From a virus: a stretch of 64,000 bases of DNA. The position numbers and the translations under genes were made by a program. The notes under the pieces are model-generated. The model searched no databases. It was given only the letters and a program-made list of their open reading frames with translations, and had not been told where the DNA came from. The stretch is taken from IMG/VR virus record IMGVR_UViG_3300037010_000760, positions 4,422 to 68,421 of that record; one strand, given 5' to 3'. Shown in pieces: positions 58,332-64,000 of the stretch (positions within the stretch are counted from its first letter, which is position 1; each line of letters opens with the position of its first letter).

Positions 58332-58522
58332 ATGATGCACGTAGTGACTGGTTACATGCCCGTGCTGATGAATCCCGAGAGATGGTTAAGCAAGTGGCAG
58401 GACGTTATAGAATTCCAAAAAAAGTTATCCTAGCCTCTGATCTAGCTGAACTAGATCATGAGTCGGATGATATTGTGTCTGATGACAATGATATGCCAGT
58501 ATGGACAGGAGTAATGCGTTGA
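58328..58522 (+). CDS. hypothetical protein
   Basis: GGAG SD, ATGA overlap. Confidence 0.5.
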   Translation: MNDARSDWLHARADESREMVKQVAGRYRIPKKVILASDLAELDHESDDIVSDDNDMPVWTGVMR

Positions 58523-58554
58523 TTCGTACACATGGCCATTTTTGAAAGACTGAA

Positions 58555-58938
58555 ATGAACTACAAAGAAATTGAGCAAGAGATCGCATCTAAAGGATTGA
58601 CTGCTCCCCGCGTGACACCCAATGATATTGAGGCAAATATCTCCAGTGAATATTTTTTTACGGCTGAGGAAGGAATGATCGGCAAGTACGTAAATCGACT
58701 TACAAAAGATGAGGTAATGGTGTATCCCGGTGAGCTGCCAAAGCATCCGGCTACACTTAATCTACTTACTTTCTGCATACTAGTGCTGCGCAACGGCTTT
58801 ACTGTCACGGGAGAGTCAGCTTGTGCTAGCCCAGAAAACTTTAATCCTGAAATTGGCCGAAAGATTGCACGCCAGAATGCAGTGCAGAAGATTTGGCCAC
58901 TCATGGGCTATGTACTTAAGGAGCAACTGTTAAAGTGA
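58555..58938 (+). CDS. Phage_gp49_66 family protein
   Basis: 'APRVTPNDIE', 'LTFCILVLRNGFTVTGESACASPENFNPEIGRKIA', 'IWPLMGY'. Confidence 0.85.
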   Translation: MNYKEIEQEIASKGLTAPRVTPNDIEANISSEYFFTAEEGMIGKYVNRLTKDEVMVYPGELPKHPATLNLLTFCILVLRNGFTVTGESACASPENFNPEIGRKIARQNAVQKIWPLMGYVLKEQLLK

Positions 58939-59390
58939 ACTACTGCATCATTACTACTATGGTCTTTGCACTACTAACTGATGTTGGGGTGTGGAGCTAT
59001 GTCAAAACCAAGTATGAACGTGATATTTCAACCCTAAAAACTGAATATGCCCAAACACAAGTCAGGGCAGTGGAGATAGCAAATGCTGATACTATTCGAC
59101 TACAAGCGCAAGCAGATAAAGCAGCAGCAAATTCAGCGGCCCAATACCGTGCTCTTGCTGTTGATCGTGATCGTACTCGTGCTGTTGCTGACGGGCTGCG
59201 CACACAACTCGCCAATTCCGCCCATGATTTGCCCACAGCTACCTGTGACTCCACCCGCGCTTACGCCACAACCCTTGGAGCCGTATTCAGTGAGTGTGCA
59301 GAGGCAATTGAACGATTGGCGGGACAGGCTGATGGCCACGCCATTGATTCTCAAAAACTGATTAACTCTTCAGCTAAGAGCGAAGAATAA
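58935..59390 (+). CDS. i-spanin (Rz-like)
   Basis: N-terminal TM, coiled coil, two Cys; contains an embedded lipoprotein gene. Confidence 0.75.
   Translation: MNYCIITTMVFALLTDVGVWSYVKTKYERDISTLKTEYAQTQVRAVEIANADTIRLQAQADKAAANSAAQYRALAVDRDRTRAVADGLRTQLANSAHDLPTATCDSTRAYATTLGAVFSECAEAIERLAGQADGHAIDSQKLINSSAKSEE
59083..59361 (+). CDS. o-spanin (Rz1-like), embedded in another frame
   Basis: Lipobox 'LLLTGC' and Pro-rich mature part. Confidence 0.8.
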   Translation: MLILFDYKRKQIKQQQIQRPNTVLLLLIVIVLVLLLTGCAHNSPIPPMICPQLPVTPPALTPQPLEPYSVSVQRQLNDWRDRLMATPLILKN

Positions 59391-59394
59391 ATAT

Positions 59395-61596
59395 ATGACT
59401 ACGGCTCAGTTTACTAATCCACATATCCAAGTTAAATTAACCTCTTGGAAAAATGAACCAACTATTCAGATATTGAAGGGTGATCTTGAGCAGGCAAAAC
59501 CTGCACACGATTCTCAAATGTCTAATGTGGAACGTTGGAATGATCTGAGTGCCATTCGTGGTAAGGCAAAACCTCCACAAGTAAAAGGACGATCTAGTGT
59601 TCAACCTAAGTTAATTCGTCGTCAGGCAGAGTGGAGATATTCTGCTTTAACTGAGCCATTTTTAGGTAGTAGTAAGTTATTCAAAGTTAGTCCTGTTACT
59701 TTTGAAGATACTAAGGGTGCTGACCAGAATGAGCTAGTTTTGAACTGGCAATTTAGAACAAAGTTGAATAAGGTAAAATTCATTGATGAGTACATTCGTG
59801 GTACTGTTGATGAGGGTAGTTGTATAGTTCGTATTGGTTGGGAAAGACGAACAATTCTTATTAATAAAGTTGTTCCAGTTTTTACCTATTATCAAATAGT
59901 CGATCAAGCTGCTTTATCAGAGTTTCAACAAGCGCTGGGTATGCAGTCAGAAGATAAACGATCTTTTGATGAGTCTGCTCCTCCAGAGATTAAGGCTGCT
60001 GTTGAATACTATCTTGAAAATGGTGTTGCAACTACTGCTCAAATAACTGGTGAAGAAGTTATTAAAGAGGAGAAGATTCTTGAAAACAAACCACTTGTTG
60101 AAGTTAAAAACCTTAACAACATCTTCATTGATCCATCTTGCGGTGGCGACTTAAATAAGGCACTTTTTGTTATTGAGTCTTTTGAGACCAATAAAGCTGA
60201 TTTGTTAAAGGAACCAAAAAAATATAATAAGAATCAGTTGGATTTAGTCGATTGGCAAGGAAATACTCCTTTATCGCAGCCTGACCATGAAACCTCTACT
60301 CCAGAATCATTCCAATTTTCCGATGCTAGTCGTAAAAAGGTAGTTGCTTATGAGTATTGGGGTTACTATGATATTAACAACGATGGTTCTTTGGCGCCTA
60401 TCGTTTGTACTTGGATTGGTAGCACAGTTATCCGAATGGAGATAAGCCCATTCGCTGACGAGAAGGTTCCTTATGTTTTGGTTCCTTACTCTCCAGTTAG
60501 GGGTTCTTTATATGGTGAGCCGGATGCGGAATTATTGGAAGATAATCAGAAGATTTTAGGAGCTGTATCACGAGGAATGATCGACCTATTAGGACGTTCT
60601 GCCAATGGTCAACAGGGCTTTGCCAAGGGCATGCTAGACCCCCTAAATCGACGTAGATATGAGAATGGTCAGGACTACGAATTCAACCCCAATGTGCAGC
60701 CACAGAACGGTCTGATTGAGCATAGATACCCTGAGCTACCTACATCTGCCCTGAGCATGCTCTCGTTGCAGAATCAGGAAGCAGAAGCTCTGACAGGAGT
60801 TAAATCCTTTGTTGGGGGTATCTCTGGTGAATCCTATGGTAAGGTAGCTACAGGTATTCGTGGTGCTCTAGATGCAGCATCTAAGCGCGAGATGGCTATT
60901 CTTCGTAGATTGGCTCAAGGTATGCAGGAAATAGGCAATAAAGTTATTGCCATGAATGCAGAGTTTTTATCTGAGCAAGAAGTTGTACGTATTACTAATG
61001 AAGAGTTTGTAAAGGTAAATCGTGAGGACTTAAAAGGTAATTTTGATTTAGAAGTAGACATTTCTACCGCTGAAGTTGATAATGCCAAATCTGAAGATTT
61101 GTCTTTTATGCTTCAAACTCTTGGCAATAAAATGGATCAATCAATTACAATGATGCTACTTGCTGAGATTGCCAAGCTAAAACGTATGCCTATGTTGGCA
61201 CATAAATTATCTACTTATAAGCCTCCTGAGCCATCGCCAGAAGAAGTTGAGATGCAAAAACTTACTCTGGAAAAAGCACGTAAAGAAATTGCACTACTTG
61301 ATTCAGAGATTGCTTTTAATATGGCAAAAGCTCAAGAGGCTAGTGCAAACAAAGATATGAAGAACTTGAATTATGTTGAGCAAGAGACTGGCACTAAGCA
61401 TGAACGTGACTTGCAGAAGCAACGTGCTCAGTCTCAGGGAAACCAGAATCTACAAGTAACCAAAGCACTGACCTCCCCCGTTAAAGAGGGAGAAAAAGCT
61501 CCTAATTTAGAAACTGCAATTGGATTCAATCGAGTTAGTGATAGACTTAGCAATGCTGGTACGACTGTCCCAACATTAAGTGGTATGCCCGCTTAA
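59395..61596 (+). CDS. portal protein (N4 gp59-like)
   Basis: 'WKNEPT', '[26 protein letters not shown]', 'EYWGYYD'. Confidence 0.93.
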   Translation: MTTAQFTNPHIQVKLTSWKNEPTIQILKGDLEQAKPAHDSQMSNVERWNDLSAIRGKAKPPQVKGRSSVQPKLIRRQAEWRYSALTEPFLGSSKLFKVSPVTFEDTKGADQNELVLNWQFRTKLNKVKFIDEYIRGTVDEGSCIVRIGWERRTILINKVVPVFTYYQIVDQAALSEFQQALGMQSEDKRSFDESAPPEIKAAVEYYLENGVATTAQITGEEVIKEEKILENKPLVEVKNLNNIFIDPSCGGDLNKALFVIESFETNKADLLKEPKKYNKNQLDLVDWQGNTPLSQPDHETSTPESFQFSDASRKKVVAYEYWGYYDINNDGSLAPIVCTWIGSTVIRMEISPFADEKVPYVLVPYSPVRGSLYGEPDAELLEDNQKILGAVSRGMIDLLGRSANGQQGFAKGMLDPLNRRRYENGQDYEFNPNVQPQNGLIEHRYPELPTSALSMLSLQNQEAEALTGVKSFVGGISGESYGKVATGIRGALDAASKREMAILRRLAQGMQEIGNKVIAMNAEFLSEQEVVRITNEEFVKVNREDLKGNFDLEVDISTAEVDNAKSEDLSFMLQTLGNKMDQSITMMLLAEIAKLKRMPMLAHKLSTYKPPEPSPEEVEMQKLTLEKARKEIALLDSEIAFNMAKAQEASANKDMKNLNYVEQETGTKHERDLQKQRAQSQGNQNLQVTKALTSPVKEGEKAPNLETAIGFNRVSDRLSNAGTTVPTLSGMPA

Positions 61597-61622
61597 TATT
61601 ATCAATCAACAACCTTTTAGGA

Positions 61623-61973
61623 ATGAACATGTCCCAACATTCACAACAGCTTCGTAGCCTTGAGAAGCAACAATCTGATGCAAAGTGTTTAGTATCTCGC
61701 CGCCAAATGGCACTACGATTAGCAGAGAATCCTGATTTCAAGCAACTGATTCTGAAAGAATTCATGGTAGAGGAGGCTGCTCGTTATGTACATACTTCTT
61801 GTGACCCTGCTGTCGGTGCTGAAAATCGTGCTGATGCTTTAGCTATAGCGCAGGCATCTGGCCATCTGAAACGCTACCTGTCCATAGTGGTGCAAATGGG
61901 CGCTCATGCCGAGCGTGAAATGCGTCAGCTAGATGAGGCTATTGAAGAAATGCGTGCAGAAGGGGGTGAGTGA
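61623..61973 (+). CDS. N4 gp58-like protein
   Basis: 'RLAENPDFKQLIL..FMVEEAAR'; synteny. Confidence 0.75.
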   Translation: MNMSQHSQQLRSLEKQQSDAKCLVSRRQMALRLAENPDFKQLILKEFMVEEAARYVHTSCDPAVGAENRADALAIAQASGHLKRYLSIVVQMGAHAEREMRQLDEAIEEMRAEGGE

Positions 61974-63148
61974 TGGATAACCCACTTGCCATGTCCGACG
62001 AGGACATAATCAATATGGAGCCTCCCAAAGTAGAAGTTGAATCTTCTTCTGTTGGTTCCAAAACACAAATAGATGCCTCACCAGACAATAAGTCTGGTGA
62101 TTTAGAAAATATTGATGACTCTGCTACTAATAACGCAGCTAAAGTTGACGTTATTGAAAATATTTCCCAAGAGCCGGAAACAGAGTCTAAAAAATTAGTA
62201 GATAATGAAACTACTAAACCAGTAGATGAATCACCAGTTTTGACTGATTCGTCTGCTAAAGATGCGGATACTCCTACTTCTTCGGATAAATCTAAAGAAT
62301 CCAAGGAACCCGAAAAAGTTGCTGCCTCACCAGACTACAAAAGTTTTTATGAAAAGATCATGATTCCGTTTAAAGCAAACGGAAAAATGATTGAACTAAA
62401 AAGTCCTGATGAAGCAATACAGCTTATGCAAATGGGTGCTAACTACACCCGAAAAATGCAGGAACTGACTCCTCACCGCAAGGTGTTGATGATGCTGCAA
62501 AACAATGGCTTGATGGAAGAAAGTAAGTTAGCTTTTCTTATTGATTTAGATAGGCGTAATCCTGAAGCCATCAAGAAATTGGTGAAAGATGCTGGTATTG
62601 ATCCTTTAGATATAGATACCAGTAAAGACTCTGCTTACCTTGTGGGCAATCACAAAGTCACTGATGAAGAGGTCAATTTTCGCACGGTGTTGGATGACCT
62701 AGGCTCCACACCTGAAGGCAAAAATACCCTCCAAGCCATTCACGTGGAATGGGATAAAGCCAGTAAGGAAGTGTTGTGGAAGTCTCCTGAGCTTATGGCA
62801 ACCATGCACAAGCAACGAGAAGTTGGTATTTATCAAACTATCGTTAATGAAATGGATAGACAAAAAGCATTAGGTAGTCTGACACAAAATACTCCATTTT
62901 TGGAAGCATATCGTTCAATTGGCGATCAAATTATGGCTAACGGTGGATTCGACCCGCAAAGCGAAAAACCTAAAGTTGGTGCAGTAATTGATAAGCGTCC
63001 TGCTGTTGCGAAGCCTGCTGCCACAAATGGAGAAAAGGCAAGTGCCGCCTCATCTTCCCGTAGTACACCAAAGACTGCAAACACTCTTGTTAATCCCTTG
63101 TCCATTCCTGATGATGAATTCATGAAGCAATGGGCAAACCGCGTATAA
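61970..63148 (+). CDS. N4 gp57-like protein (putative scaffold)
   Basis: Acidic N-terminus, 'PFKANGK', '[13 protein letters not shown]', 'NPLS.PDDEF'. Confidence 0.8.
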   Translation: MMDNPLAMSDEDIINMEPPKVEVESSSVGSKTQIDASPDNKSGDLENIDDSATNNAAKVDVIENISQEPETESKKLVDNETTKPVDESPVLTDSSAKDADTPTSSDKSKESKEPEKVAASPDYKSFYEKIMIPFKANGKMIELKSPDEAIQLMQMGANYTRKMQELTPHRKVLMMLQNNGLMEESKLAFLIDLDRRNPEAIKKLVKDAGIDPLDIDTSKDSAYLVGNHKVTDEEVNFRTVLDDLGSTPEGKNTLQAIHVEWDKASKEVLWKSPELMATMHKQREVGIYQTIVNEMDRQKALGSLTQNTPFLEAYRSIGDQIMANGGFDPQSEKPKVGAVIDKRPAVAKPAATNGEKASAASSSRSTPKTANTLVNPLSIPDDEFMKQWANRV

Positions 63149-63158
63149 GGTAAATACC

Positions 63159-64000
63159 ATGTTAAACTACAATGCTCCCGGTTCTGGTGCTCGCAGCGAT
63201 ATTGATTCTGCCAGCTCCAGTCAAATGAATACCTTCTTCTGGCTGAAGAAGTCTATTATTCAGTCACGTAAAGACCAATACTTCATGCCATTGGCCAACG
63301 TGACCAACATGCCTAAAAACTTCGGCAAAACCATCAAGGTCTACGAATATGTACCTTTGCTAGATGATCGTAACATCAACGATCAAGGTCTGGATGCTGC
63401 TGGTGCTGTAATTTCCAACGGCAATTTATATGGCTCCAGTCGTGACATTGGTAGCATCACTGCTCAGTTACCTACCCTGACTGAAAACGGTGGCCGTGTT
63501 AACCGTGTTGGATTCACCCGTATCCAGCGTGAAGGTTCCATTCACAAATTTGGTTTCTTCACTGAATTTACTCAGGAATCTTTAGATTTCGACAGTGATG
63601 ATATGCTTCGTGATCACCTGAGTCGTGAGTTGATGAATGGTGCTGTGCAGTTGACCGAAGCTGTGTTACAACGCGATCTGTTGGCTGCTGCCAGTGTTGT
63701 GTTATATGGTGGTGCTGCTACCTCTCCAGCTACTGTTACTGGTGAAGTAACTCCTGCTGTTCCCGGTGTATCTCCTGAAGTTCCATCATCTATCCTGACC
63801 TATCGCAACTTAATGCGTTTGGATCAGATTCTGACTGATAACCGTACTCCTAAGCAGACCACTGTGATCACTGGTTCCCGCATGGTTGATACCAAAACTC
63901 TGCCTGCTTGTCGCGTGATGTTCTGTGGCTCAGAATTAATGCCTCATATCAAAGCCATGACCGATCTGTTTGGTAATAAGGCTTTCATTGCTGTTCAGCA
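63159..64000 (+). CDS. major capsid protein (N4 gp56-like), 3' truncated by the window (not in ORF track)
   Basis: MLNYNAP...'[38 protein letters not shown]'...'[16 protein letters not shown]'; AAGGT SD. Confidence 0.95.
   Translation, partial: MLNYNAPGSGARSDIDSASSSQMNTFFWLKKSIIQSRKDQYFMPLANVTNMPKNFGKTIKVYEYVPLLDDRNINDQGLDAAGAVISNGNLYGSSRDIGSITAQLPTLTENGGRVNRVGFTRIQREGSIHKFGFFTEFTQESLDFDSDDMLRDHLSRELMNGAVQLTEAVLQRDLLAAASVVLYGGAATSPATVTGEVTPAVPGVSPEVPSSILTYRNLMRLDQILTDNRTPKQTTVITGSRMVDTKTLPACRVMFCGSELMPHIKAMTDLFGNKAFIAVQ

Overview
This window is most of the genome of an N4-like lytic podophage (Schitoviridae), circularly permuted relative to the N4 map. The + strand carries late genes: ejection proteins, a ~3930-aa virion RNA polymerase (vRNAP), terminase, tail and lysis genes, portal and the 5' part of the major capsid gene. 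The - strand carries early and middle genes: gp1/gp2-like proteins, two-subunit RNAPII, AAA/vWA pair, dcd, thyX, rIIA/B, helicase, DNA polymerase, primase, SSB, resolvase and a tRNA cluster. Three hairpin vRNAP promoters mark the early end at about 42.3-43.4 kb. The outstanding feature is the tail region (47.3-54.2 kb). Where N4 has its appendage and sheath genes, this phage has a short virion anchor, a triple Calx-beta/Ig protein, a GH5 endoglucanase-GH18 fusion and a Calx-beta-GH48 exocellulase, all with catalytic motifs intact. This looks like a virion-mounted, cellulosome-like apparatus, possibly assembled by beta-strand complementation. Other notable items are a NADAR domain inserted in the vRNAP, a DarG-like macrodomain early gene, a DGR-type variable-region tail protein with no RT or template repeat in view, and three unusual structured RNAs among the tRNAs. 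All family assignments come from motif recognition by eye; no searches were run.
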